This document shows positions 29,301 through 37,264 of a DNA stretch of 64,000 bases, in pieces (within the stretch, counting starts at the first letter, position 1; the number at the start of each line of letters is the position of its first letter). Below the pieces are notes generated by a model. It ran no database searches, was not told the DNA's origin, and worked only from the letters and a program-made list of their open reading frames with translations. The stretch comes from Candidatus Altimarinota bacterium (GTDB taxonomy: Bacteria > Patescibacteriota > Gracilibacteria > UBA4473): NCBI GenBank assembly GCA_965231215.1, contig OZ246423.1:1216001-1280000 (forward strand), written 5' to 3'. A program made the translations under genes and the position numbers.

Positions 29301-30922
29301 CAAGTAATATTGTAGCTTTTAATCCGTCTGCTTATGGATGGTCACATGGTACTATAGACTACACTTATACAACTGGTAGTTGTACTTATACCGGCTCTTT
29401 TGAGTATGTCCCAAGTAGCTACTTTGTTCCAGGTTGTACCTCTGTGAATGCAGAAAATTATAATGGTTCTGCAACTGTCGATGATGGTTCTTGCCGTTAT
29501 CCAAAAGAAGGGTGTCTTGATCCCGACGCTCTCAATTATGACCCCACAGCAACAATAGCGAGCAACGAAGCCTGTACCTATACCCCCTCGGCGGATTCTT
29601 CTTTCGGGTTTTCTATCGCGGATGGCTATGTTATCCCTGTTGGGAAGTCGTTTAAGGTCAATTACTGGTTTAATATTGATGAAATTGACTTTACCCCAGA
29701 AGAAGCTCGTTTTTACAAAGATTATCGTTTACAAACCTACATTTCACAAAAATTATATGAAGATGATCTACTGGACCAACGCGGTCTTGAGATATATGAC
29801 ACTTATGTATCTCGTGGTGAGTTTACACCTCGCCTATGTTTAATTAGTTCTACAGAGTCTAGAACTCTTTGTGTTTTCGTGGATGGCGAACAGAACTCTC
29901 TTTACGCTCAACATGTTACTGTTGTTGAAGACTCAGGAAAAGAGGGATGTTTAAATCCTCTAGCCCAAAACTATGATCCGTTAGTTACAATTTCAGATGG
30001 CTCCTGTATATTCTCGGGTTCCTCATCTACTCGCTTTTTTGGCAGAAAGTTTCAAACAGTTTTTGATACTGACCACTTAGAGGTTGATTTTTCTACTGAG
30101 AGAATTGAGGGTAAATGGGTTCAGTCTCTTGATTTTCCTAGTTTTGGTCCAACTCCAAATTTAGATTATGATGCATACCTTTGTTATACAAAAATTAACG
30201 AGGAACTTGATATAGAAGTACCAGAAGTTTGTGTTAAACTTGATTCCTTCGCTTATACAGAAGTTTCAGGACAATTAGAACTCCCCTTGCCTTCGAATTT
30301 CCAAGCAGAAGCTAACGCTTGTACAGATCAACAAGTTTTTAGAAGTTTCTATGTTCGCCATGTTTCTAACCCAAATGATCGGGTCGAAATGAATTTTTAC
30401 AATTCTTGGGAATCTGATACTCCTCAACAGTTGCCTAGTTCTCTCTGTTCACAGAATTCTGATATCTCGATTTATATTGATCCAGATGATGAGAATGCTT
30501 CTTCTCTGGGGATATTTGGTTTAAAAGATATAAATTTTGATCTTCCCGACTCAACACCAGCATTTTTTCAGTTTTTGGTTAAAGGCTATTCTGTCGAAAT
30601 TCCATATGTAAATTTTACTTTTAGCATTCCTGGCGTGGAATCTTTTTTAAGAGGGTTGTTTTGGTTTGGTAGCTTTACCTTTAAGCTTTTTGAGCAAATT
30701 CCATTCGTTGGTGATGTCTATAACTTAATGGCTCCAGTGCCATCCGCACAACTAAATTTTCCTCAAGTATTTTTTGGCGTAGAACTTGATAAACCTTCTT
30801 ACAATTCTGTTCAGTATGCTCGATTTGGTGATGATTTTTCGGACTTTTTTGAAAACTTAATTTGGTTTGTGCTAACTTTGTACTTTTTATCACTTCTTTT
30901 TTCCTATTTCTTTAAAACTTAA
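26354..30922 (+). CDS. Giant adhesin/attachment protein (pIII position): about 5 CARDB-like Ig domains plus 5 GCTD-type Cys repeats, C-terminal TM
   Basis: Signal peptide (AFA|YP), repeated PDL...N.G...PG.YYLYY.IDS...E.NENNN units, GCTDPDALNYDSSAEVDDGSC-type repeats; ATG at 26354 follows the previous stop. Confidence 0.85.
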   Translation: MKAFFYRASSKNFLKNFLRSAKLCLFALPLLFSVAFAYPVNKSNGQTTIYQGSTVNFLVSTSDLGFTPAGITWWSDYYSTSPRYGDIVGGYVYIDGVQYGTSSIYFPGFGLPVTYNTTGAKIPYFCFHTQGLNQPGDTQSCFTYNSNNGDLPTNSYINVISYSAGNPDLKVNVKNMVDGSLFEPGENFRYVIEVQNDGGVELGTTPRIQFYWKKDNRSYTPEYKFGFLELPNLSAGQKKQYLLTFHVPDNIPGGKYYLYYALDSLAEVTESYENNNRYYEEITVLDTDPVYAELFNDSSLTQLSTTTVQPGQTLRYYPYFRNTGDIDANSFRIQFYWQKDTRSYQDQYKFGYATVPGIVKQGVYTKEYVFNIPEHTPPGTYYLYYVIDSLNQVDENNENNNRYYATITVEDDTANNKPDYINDTGQSAISSQNLNPGDTFYYEPYFLNVGNADATRDASVYFYFGKDRIYDYDYLFATSTIPSLNRAQAHNPTLNFTVPQYTPPGTYYLYYEIDSFDQIAEENENNNRYYIELTINSDNQTSLPDLLVNESSSPIDTTVFFPGKIFRYYPTFVNAGETALTRSFRVSFYLEPSSNGQSFHSDFYLGKADVIPLVAGQTKQYTLTFKVPEDYSPGNYNFYYKIDSLDQISEEDENNNHYSISLVIDDLSGVQGCTDPDALNYDSSAEVDDGSCVLPGKNLFASFPAFDLNIFESEPPNYNQGDTFSFFVDIFNDGTVDTEPTTINFYVNHSDVSASQRYSSNLINTESVPALVAGDTSFSSFSYTVPGNFLPGTYIISWSLDPNNLISETNESDNKDFAIFTVGDPDGNVVISGCTDPYASNYNQSANDDDGTCFYDDDSGDNYYSEPPADDVSFTDYENEWWGDYFQGDLQDDIDQNYNLDVEDYFADASSESCTLKIGVADTTVLSDIKFVTHVSSLSKILPLSSPVSSTGNFQMCKDGFCSANFTANLTGYVESGLYARKTSNIVAFNPSAYGWSHGTIDYTYTTGSCTYTGSFEYVPSSYFVPGCTSVNAENYNGSATVDDGSCRYPKEGCLDPDALNYDPTATIASNEACTYTPSADSSFGFSIADGYVIPVGKSFKVNYWFNIDEIDFTPEEARFYKDYRLQTYISQKLYEDDLLDQRGLEIYDTYVSRGEFTPRLCLISSTESRTLCVFVDGEQNSLYAQHVTVVEDSGKEGCLNPLAQNYDPLVTISDGSCIFSGSSSTRFFGRKFQTVFDTDHLEVDFSTERIEGKWVQSLDFPSFGPTPNLDYDAYLCYTKINEELDIEVPEVCVKLDSFAYTEVSGQLELPLPSNFQAEANACTDQQVFRSFYVRHVSNPNDRVEMNFYNSWESDTPQQLPSSLCSQNSDISIYIDPDDENASSLGIFGLKDINFDLPDSTPAFFQFLVKGYSVEIPYVNFTFSIPGVESFLRGLFWFGSFTFKLFEQIPFVGDVYNLMAPVPSAQLNFPQVFFGVELDKPSYNSVQYARFGDDFSDFFENLIWFVLTLYFLSLLFSYFFKT

Positions 30923-30924
30923 TA

Positions 30925-31167
30925 ATGGGGACTTTTATAGATTACTTTGTTTCTGTTTTTAAAAAGTTTGTACTTATAACTATTTTTCTGGTTGTTTATA
31001 AAACCTTCTTTGAATCTCATGTTCAACAGCTTTTCGACTTCTTTCAATTTTATTTCTCACTGATATTTCATGGTTTTGGGAAGTATGAAACTTTTAAATT
31101 ACTAGCTGATATATTTTTGCTCTTGTTAACATTGAGGTTTTTCAACTGGCTACTTGCTACTAAATAA
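30925..31167 (+). CDS. Small membrane protein (pVI-like position)
   Basis: 80 aa, hydrophobic, between the pIII-like and Zot genes as in inoviruses. Confidence 0.7.
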   Translation: MGTFIDYFVSVFKKFVLITIFLVVYKTFFESHVQQLFDFFQFYFSLIFHGFGKYETFKLLADIFLLLLTLRFFNWLLATK

Positions 31168-31191
31168 TCTTAATTTTTTAACTACTTTATT

Positions 31192-31998
31192 ATGTACGGT
31201 TTAACTGGATATTTTGGTTCAGGGAAAACTTTGAATATGACAAAACTTCTTTTAAGAGATCATCAAGAAGGGAGATTTGTTGTTACAAATTATACAACTT
31301 CGTTTTCTAATGTGGTTGTAGGCTCTTTGCCTGAATTCGTAAAAATTTTAGAAGAAATATTTATTCTAAAAAATCATGGAAAGGAAATTGGTGATGTTAT
31401 TTCTCAAGTTGAGAAACCTTCGGGCTTTATATCAAAGTCATTAGGTCGTTCTACCAATTACCAAAAAATTTCAATAGGTCTTGATGAGGCTGGTATTTAT
31501 TTTAACTCTCGAGCATTTGCTGAATGGAAAAATTATCCCTATCTAGTGGATTTTATGCTCCAATGTAGAAAGCTTGATGTTCGTATTTACTATACGGTTC
31601 AACATCCTTTATATGTCGATGTCAATTTTAGACGTGTAACTGAAGTTTGGCGCTTATATAAAAAACTGCCATTTATACCGGCTTCTCATTCTTATGATTA
31701 TGTTCTAGACCCTGAAAATCCTGACTATAGAAATCCAATTGATAAACTTGGAGGTTCTTTTTCTTGGCTTGGAGAGCAAGAGGTTTGGAATTATTACGGA
31801 ACTAAAGAATTGGCTATGAAATATAAGCCAGATGATCTTAAGGAAGATTATCAATTTATATTAAATTCTAAAACTGGTAACTATTTTCGTAGATTACCCA
31901 TTCATCGCAGATTTTTTCCTAATTTTGTCGGTGTTTTTGACCGACCTCAAGCCCGCTCGCGGGCTGTTGGTCGGTTAACTCAGGGAACGACTGAATAA
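31192..31998 (+). CDS. Zot/pI-like morphogenesis ATPase
   Basis: N-terminal Walker A GYFGSGKT, VVTNY, Walker B IGLDEAG.YFNSR, QCRK....YTVQH...VD..FR. Confidence 0.92.
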   Translation: MYGLTGYFGSGKTLNMTKLLLRDHQEGRFVVTNYTTSFSNVVVGSLPEFVKILEEIFILKNHGKEIGDVISQVEKPSGFISKSLGRSTNYQKISIGLDEAGIYFNSRAFAEWKNYPYLVDFMLQCRKLDVRIYYTVQHPLYVDVNFRRVTEVWRLYKKLPFIPASHSYDYVLDPENPDYRNPIDKLGGSFSWLGEQEVWNYYGTKELAMKYKPDDLKEDYQFILNSKTGNYFRRLPIHRRFFPNFVGVFDRPQARSRAVGRLTQGTTE

Positions 31999-32008
31999 TG
32001 TCGTTCCC
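31940..32008 (+). other. Tandem GC-rich hairpins, candidate replication origin or packaging signal
   Basis: accgacc..agcccgc/gcgggct..ggtcggt (31940-31975) and a perfect 9-bp stem gggaacgac/gtcgttccc (31983-32008), upstream of rep. Confidence 0.55.
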
Positions 32009-32034
32009 CCATCTTATTTTTTAATCAAATAAAA

Positions 32035-32187
32035 ATGTCTAAAGAATATAAAACTCCTTCTCAATTTATATCTGATTTTAAATCTACTTCTGATCCAGAA
32101 GAACAACTAAAAATCGCTAAGAGGTATGCAAATCAAAATTATAAAAAAGGTTTGATGCACACCTTTAATAAAAAATTTAATCGTTAA
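32035..32187 (+). CDS. Small basic phage protein (50 aa)
   Basis: MSKEYKTPSQFISDFKSTSDPEEQLKIAKRYANQNYKKGLMHTFNKKFNR; ends 4 nt before the rep start; below the ORF-track cutoff. Confidence 0.5.
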   Translation: MSKEYKTPSQFISDFKSTSDPEEQLKIAKRYANQNYKKGLMHTFNKKFNR

Positions 32188-32191
32188 AAAT

Positions 32192-33160
32192 ATGAAATCT
32201 AAATACCTTTATTTTGGTTTAGACTTTCTTCGTCTAAATTTCAAGTCTAGTTATAAAAATATTAGATTTGATAATTATTTTTCTGGACTATCTGCTAACT
32301 CAAATTTTAAAACGGTAGATTGGTTCGGTCTTACTTTTAACTGTACTTTCACTCAAACCGGTAATAAAAAAATTCTTATATTTAATTATAATGATTTTCC
32401 TGTTTTTGTTTTGGAAGAATTTTTAGATGGTGGGATTAATACTCATACATCTTATGTAATTCAGTTTTATAGTGCTTTTTTTTATATAAAAGAACTGGAT
32501 TTATTTTTGTTCGCTTTTTTAAATTATTATGGTCGTTACTGCTATATAACTCGCTTCGATATAGCTTTGGATGTTCCCTTGTCCATAAGTGATTTCGTTT
32601 CAAAAGGGTATTCTACTAAGTTTCGAAAGGGGGCTAAGTTTGGTTTAAATGAAAATACTGGTGAATTTGAAACTTGGTATCTCGGGGCTAAAGGATGCTC
32701 AAATAAAAAACACTTTATAAGAATCTATAACAAACTTTTAGACTCAAAGAAAAAATCAAAAATGATGCTTTTTTGGCAATACTTTGATTTTGAGGATGTC
32801 ACCAGAATTGAAGTACAGGTTAATTCTCAATCCTGTTCTGTCTTTGGTGCAATACCGGATAATATAACAGATATTAACTTTCTCGGTTCTGTTTTTAAGT
32901 CTTGTGCTGTAAATAAATCAGGCACTATTTTTAATCACTTAGAGGATTTAGATTTTATAAATTCTTCTTCTCTAATTGCTTATAAAAAGCCTAAAAAATC
33001 AGATATTATTGACAAACTTTCTTACGCTAAAACCATGCTTGGCTATGCTCAAACTTTATTGGATCAAGGTTTTGATCCTGTTTTGTTTTTAAGAGATAAT
33101 TTGAAAGATAATCAACCCAAGTATTCCAATGATAATTCCTCCAATCATGTACCAGTTTAG
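32192..33160 (+). CDS. Rolling-circle replication initiation factor (Rep_trans family)
   Basis: GLDFLR, ITRFDIALD, ETWYLG, FIRIYNK, TRIEVQ motifs. Confidence 0.9.
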   Translation: MKSKYLYFGLDFLRLNFKSSYKNIRFDNYFSGLSANSNFKTVDWFGLTFNCTFTQTGNKKILIFNYNDFPVFVLEEFLDGGINTHTSYVIQFYSAFFYIKELDLFLFAFLNYYGRYCYITRFDIALDVPLSISDFVSKGYSTKFRKGAKFGLNENTGEFETWYLGAKGCSNKKHFIRIYNKLLDSKKKSKMMLFWQYFDFEDVTRIEVQVNSQSCSVFGAIPDNITDINFLGSVFKSCAVNKSGTIFNHLEDLDFINSSSLIAYKKPKKSDIIDKLSYAKTMLGYAQTLLDQGFDPVLFLRDNLKDNQPKYSNDNSSNHVPV

Positions 33161-33565
33161 AGGCATTTCTTCGTTATCTTTTAGTTCTAATTTTTCTATT
33201 ATCTCCGATTTCCCGATACACATTATCCTCATATTTGCACATTCTTTTCTTGTATAACTGTCTATTTCCAATGTGGTAAACATTATTCCTTTGTTTATTC
33301 CGTCTCTCAAAAGACAACCTCCTAAACACCTTACTTCTTTAACTGGTAAGGTGTTTAGTTTTTTTGTACCTTTATTCCATTTTTTACATTGTGTGTATAT
33401 TTTTTCTCCTCCAAATTCTGATATGACATCTACTCCCCTATCTCCGAAAGATTTAGTCACATAAATTTTTTTGTGTCCCATTAGCTCTAAAAATTCTTTA
33501 GCAAAAAATTCAAACTGTCTTGGGGTTAGGCTTTTGACTTGTTGGAATGTCTTATATTTAGTCAT
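33089..33565 (-). CDS. Mrr-like restriction endonuclease domain with C-terminal TM helix
   Basis: LTPRQFE...MGH...VTKSFGDRGVDVI...TQCKKW (Mrr_cat D..QxK); tail WYMIGGIIIGILGLIIFQII. Confidence 0.85.
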   Translation of the reverse strand: MTKYKTFQQVKSLTPRQFEFFAKEFLELMGHKKIYVTKSFGDRGVDVISEFGGEKIYTQCKKWNKGTKKLNTLPVKEVRCLGGCLLRDGINKGIMFTTLEIDSYTRKECANMRIMCIGKSEIIEKLELKDNEEMPLNWYMIGGIIIGILGLIIFQIIS

Positions 33566-34043
33566 CTTTGAAAATTGTCCTATACATGTGGTCTATACAT
33601 TTTTCAGCTGTTTTTGATTCTGCCTTTTCGTTCATAAAATCTTTTAAGGCAGTAATTTTTCTTTCGATCTCAGGTGTTTTTTCGATTTGTATGTATTTTT
33701 TACCCATTTTGGTATTTTTTTGAATTTCCCGGATTTTAAAATTAAATCCTTCTTTCCGTATTATATATTCTTTCTTGGTCTTTCTTTCAACTCCATATTT
33801 CTGTTCTCTAAAATCTTCATCATCTATATACGATGTATATTCTCCACAATTTTCACATTTTAACTTCCCTACTTCTTCATCGTATCTTAAATTTTTATGC
33901 CTAAACTCTCTTTCAGGGTAAGGGAATTTATATCTTTCTTTGTAGCATTTTTCGCATCTGGCTTTTACAATATTGATGTTAACCATTTTGTAGGGTTTTA
34001 AGTTTAACAAATCCCTACTAACTGCTTGACGATTATGTGTCAA
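33558..34043 (-). CDS. Zn-ribbon-containing basic protein, possible phage regulator
   Basis: CEKC and CENC pairs; overlaps the start of the Mrr-like gene. Confidence 0.6.
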   Translation of the reverse strand: MTHNRQAVSRDLLNLKPYKMVNINIVKARCEKCYKERYKFPYPEREFRHKNLRYDEEVGKLKCENCGEYTSYIDDEDFREQKYGVERKTKKEYIIRKEGFNFKIREIQKNTKMGKKYIQIEKTPEIERKITALKDFMNEKAESKTAEKCIDHMYRTIFKDD

Positions 34044-34120
34044 ATTTTATTTTAATATTAATTAATGTAAATTTAATATTAAATAGTATACTTTTAATAT
34101 GAAAATGCTTGTTTTCAAGT

Positions 34121-34148
34121 GAATATTATTGTTTATATTGTTTTAATT
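34121..34148 (+). repeat. attR: degenerate left arm plus shared 17-bp core
   Basis: gaatattattg-tttata-ttgttttaatt; 34132-34148 is identical to 24496-24512. Confidence 0.75.
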
Positions 34149-34231
34149 AAAAACACACTTAAAACCAGCCTATCAAAAAATTACTACATAAAAATTTGGA
34201 AGCCTTATTCATTCTTCTTTATAATCAACCT

Positions 34232-34636
34232 ATGAAAAAAAATAAAAACTCACAACCGATGACTATTTTATATTCCTTTGTACTGTGGACTACCTCTGTT
34301 GTAGTTTCGGTATTTTTTTCTGTATTTATAGTTCAGATTTATATACTTGGAAGCTTTAACATTGATAAAAGCGCTCGAACTGAAAGCTTTAATAAAAAAG
34401 TTCAATGTAAAGGGCTTGAATACCAAATTTTTGGAATTATCCCTGAAGATAAAAAAGCAGGCTTTCAGGGTATGGTTTATGATCCACGCCTAGATACTTG
34501 TGTGCTTGGGAATATTGTAGAGATCAAGGATGACGCAGGGGAAATCAAAAATATTTTTGTTGTTGAAGACGTGCTTAATAGAAAAATCTTGAGCCAGCAA
34601 GAAGTCCAAACAGCACCTCAACAAGTCCTTCAATAG
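34232..34636 (+). CDS. Single-TM hypothetical protein
   Basis: ATG at 34232 lies 6 nt after TATAAT; N-terminal TM; two Cys. Confidence 0.7.
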   Translation: MKKNKNSQPMTILYSFVLWTTSVVVSVFFSVFIVQIYILGSFNIDKSARTESFNKKVQCKGLEYQIFGIIPEDKKAGFQGMVYDPRLDTCVLGNIVEIKDDAGEIKNIFVVEDVLNRKILSQQEVQTAPQQVLQ

Positions 34637-34720
34637 GATTTTAATATAAAACAATAATTCCTTTTGACATTGAGTTTGAGCAGAATAAAATCGCGCTCGT
34701 ACAATATTTGATTGTAAAAT

Positions 34721-35374
34721 ATGGCAATAAAAAACGTTACCGCAACTCGTATGACTATGCTGGGTCTAAAAAATCAGTCTAGTGTCGCTAAAAGAGGACA
34801 CAAATTACTGAAAGATAAGCAAGATGGTCTCATGCAAGAATTTTTAGCTATTGTGCATAAAGCCAAAGCTCTTCGTATGGAAGTTGAAGTTGCTATTAAA
34901 GCCGCTAATAATAGTTTTTTACTAGCTCAGGCAAGTATGCCAAAAGAAGTATTAGAAAACGTGCTTTCTAATCCTGCACAAAGTCTAAAACTAGAGGTAA
35001 AAACAAAAAATGTAATGTCGGTTCGTATACCGGTATTTCAACTAAAAACAGAAGGAAACGCTCTTCACTACGGTTTAGCTCAAACCAGAGGTGAACTAGA
35101 CCTGGCTATTTCTGAGTTTGCTAAGGTGTTTACCCTGCTACTAGAACTTGCTGAAATTGAAAAAGCCGCTGAAAATTTAGCCCTTGAAATTGAAAAAACT
35201 CGTCGAAGAGTAAATGCGCTTGAACATAGATTAATTCCAGATCTCGAAGACACGCTGAAATTCATCAAGATGAAACTTGGTGAAGCTGAGCGTTCAGCAA
35301 TTGTGCAAGTGATGGCTATTAAGAATATGATTGAAGCTCAAGAAGCTGAAGCTCAAATGAAGCAGGTAGCATAA
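34721..35374 (+). CDS. atpD: V/A-type ATP synthase subunit D
   Basis: TRM.M..LK......RGHKLLKDKQD, NVMSVRIP, EIEKTRRRVNALEH. Confidence 0.95.
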   Translation: MAIKNVTATRMTMLGLKNQSSVAKRGHKLLKDKQDGLMQEFLAIVHKAKALRMEVEVAIKAANNSFLLAQASMPKEVLENVLSNPAQSLKLEVKTKNVMSVRIPVFQLKTEGNALHYGLAQTRGELDLAISEFAKVFTLLLELAEIEKAAENLALEIEKTRRRVNALEHRLIPDLEDTLKFIKMKLGEAERSAIVQVMAIKNMIEAQEAEAQMKQVA

Positions 35375-35396
35375 ATTTTTATTTTTATTAATTCAC

Positions 35397-36581
35397 ATGA
35401 AAAGTTTTTGGATGATTCCAGTTTTGAGTATTTTATTTGTTCAGTCTGTTTTGGCTGCAGCGCCTAGCCCTGATCAATATGCCTTTGAACAAAAATTAAA
35501 CTTTGCCCCTGTAAGTACGGAAAAGACCGTTAAAGTAACCCTTAATGAAGATGTACTCAGGCATACCGCTACTGAGTTTGAAAATTTTCAAGTACTTAAT
35601 GATTTGAATGGTGAAGCCGTTTTTGTGCTTCATCCAGAAGCGGCTGGAAAAGTAAAGGAATTCGGGCCTATTAATATTTCTTCTGGAATGAAAGAAACAC
35701 CAGGCAGTAATTTGTTAGACGATAACCGACTTACTGAATTTGCTTTTGATCAAAAAGTAACCTCAGAAGAACCAGCTACTGTATTTATTGATTTTGGAAA
35801 AATCGTGAATCTTCATCGGCTAGAGTCATGGGTGGCAAGTAGAGGGAAAGTTTTGGGAATGGAAATTCGAGGCGGAGTGACCCAAAATAGAATGAAAACT
35901 ATTCGTAGAAAATCCGAGTTTAAGGCTGTGATTGATACGAACTTTCCCCCACTGCAGTTTTTGGAAATTTCATTCTGGGGATCAAGACTCTATTTCGAAG
36001 ATATCCTGTTTTATCAAAAACAATCTGTAGATGTGTATTTTACAGCTCAGCCAGATAGACGGTACCGAATTCTTTATGGTAATCCAAAAATAAAATCTAA
36101 AAGGTATAAGGGGGTCGTACACGAAGCCCAAGAATTTGATATTGAAGCTCGAACCGCCAATGGAACCTTTAATCCCCTAGCGAGTGATGATTTTGATGAT
36201 GATGGGGTTATCAATGAGGAAGACAACTGTTTCTTTGTTTCAAATAAATCTCAAAATGATGAGGATTCAGATGGAGTTGGAGACAAATGTGATAACGCTA
36301 AAGCCGTAAAAAACTTTGCCCAATCTGATGTAGATAATGATGGAATTGGTGATATTATCGATAACTGTAAACTTGAAGCGAATCCAGATCAAAAGGATAA
36401 AGATCGTGACGGAATTGGAGATGTATGCGATGCGGCTCCTGAAACTAAAGATATTAGTGATAAAGCGCATTCAACCTACATACCTAAAAAACCAAACACC
36501 CCCTTCCCTCTTTTTGTGATTTTTGGGTTAATTTTGGCAGCAGCTGGATATTTTGGATATAAAAAATATTTAAAGAAATAG
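35397..36581 (+). CDS. Surface protein with thrombospondin type 3 repeats and C-terminal TM
   Basis: Signal peptide; DNC...N..Q.D.D.DGIGD.CD repeats. Confidence 0.88.
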   Translation: MKSFWMIPVLSILFVQSVLAAAPSPDQYAFEQKLNFAPVSTEKTVKVTLNEDVLRHTATEFENFQVLNDLNGEAVFVLHPEAAGKVKEFGPINISSGMKETPGSNLLDDNRLTEFAFDQKVTSEEPATVFIDFGKIVNLHRLESWVASRGKVLGMEIRGGVTQNRMKTIRRKSEFKAVIDTNFPPLQFLEISFWGSRLYFEDILFYQKQSVDVYFTAQPDRRYRILYGNPKIKSKRYKGVVHEAQEFDIEARTANGTFNPLASDDFDDDGVINEEDNCFFVSNKSQNDEDSDGVGDKCDNAKAVKNFAQSDVDNDGIGDIIDNCKLEANPDQKDKDRDGIGDVCDAAPETKDISDKAHSTYIPKKPNTPFPLFVIFGLILAAAGYFGYKKYLKK

Positions 36582-36648
36582 ACAAGCTTAGTTAATTTAA
36601 AAAAGTCGTTTTTTATGCTAGAATAAGGCGAAATTTATACATTTAATT

Positions 36649-37260
36649 ATGACTCAAACAGAACCTAAAGCCCATCTAGTTCCAATGGTAGTTGAAAAAA
36701 CTGACATGGGAGAAAGATCGTACGATATTTATTCGAGACTCTTAAAAGATCGTGTAATTTTTATTGGAACGGCTATTGACGCTCATGTGGCTAATTTAAC
36801 GATTGCTCAATTACTTTTCCTTGAATCTGAGAACAGTAAAAAAGATATCACTATTTACGTAAATTCCCCTGGAGGATCTGTTTCAGCAGGTCTAGCAATG
36901 ATCGATACGATGAATTATGTAAAACCGGATGTTTCAACGGTTTGTGTTGGAATGGCCGCTTCAATGGGGGCAATGATTTTGATGTCCGGGACACGCGGAA
37001 AACGATTCGCCCTTCCCCACTCTGAAGTAATGATTCATCAGCCATTAGGCGGAACTCAAGGACAAGCCTCTGACATTGCGATTCATGCCCAACATATTTT
37101 GGATACCAAAGATATCTTGTACGATATGATCCATGAATGTACTGGTCAAGACCGAGAACAGATCATTACCGATTGTGATCGTGATAACTTTATTAAAGCT
37201 TCAGAGGCGGTTAAGTATGGTAAATATGGACTTATTGATAAAGTTATTGAACGGAAATAG
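36649..37260 (+). CDS. clpP: ATP-dependent Clp protease proteolytic subunit
   Basis: [36 protein letters not shown]. Confidence 0.98.
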   Translation: MTQTEPKAHLVPMVVEKTDMGERSYDIYSRLLKDRVIFIGTAIDAHVANLTIAQLLFLESENSKKDITIYVNSPGGSVSAGLAMIDTMNYVKPDVSTVCVGMAASMGAMILMSGTRGKRFALPHSEVMIHQPLGGTQGQASDIAIHAQHILDTKDILYDMIHECTGQDREQIITDCDRDNFIKASEAVKYGKYGLIDKVIERK

Positions 37261-37264
37261 TAAT

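Larger units (their letters stand above)
24485..34148 (+). mobile_element. Integrated filamentous phage (inovirus-like prophage), ~9.6 kb
   Basis: Coat-like protein, Zot ATPase and Rep_trans in a compact co-oriented block; abrupt switch to a T-rich coding strand; exact 17-bp direct repeat at both ends. Confidence 0.9.

Noticed and set aside
26354-30922. Diversity-generating retroelement acting on the adhesin repeats
   Set aside because: No reverse transcriptase in the window; repeat differences are not confined to adenines and both copies are coding
31192-31998. Enterotoxin function for the Zot-like protein
   Set aside because: Only the N-terminal ATPase domain is present; nothing resembles the C-terminal toxic region of Vibrio Zot
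24485-34148. Integrated rolling-circle plasmid rather than phage
   Set aside because: Rep alone would fit, but the coat-like protein, pIII/pVI-position genes and Zot ATPase favour an inovirus
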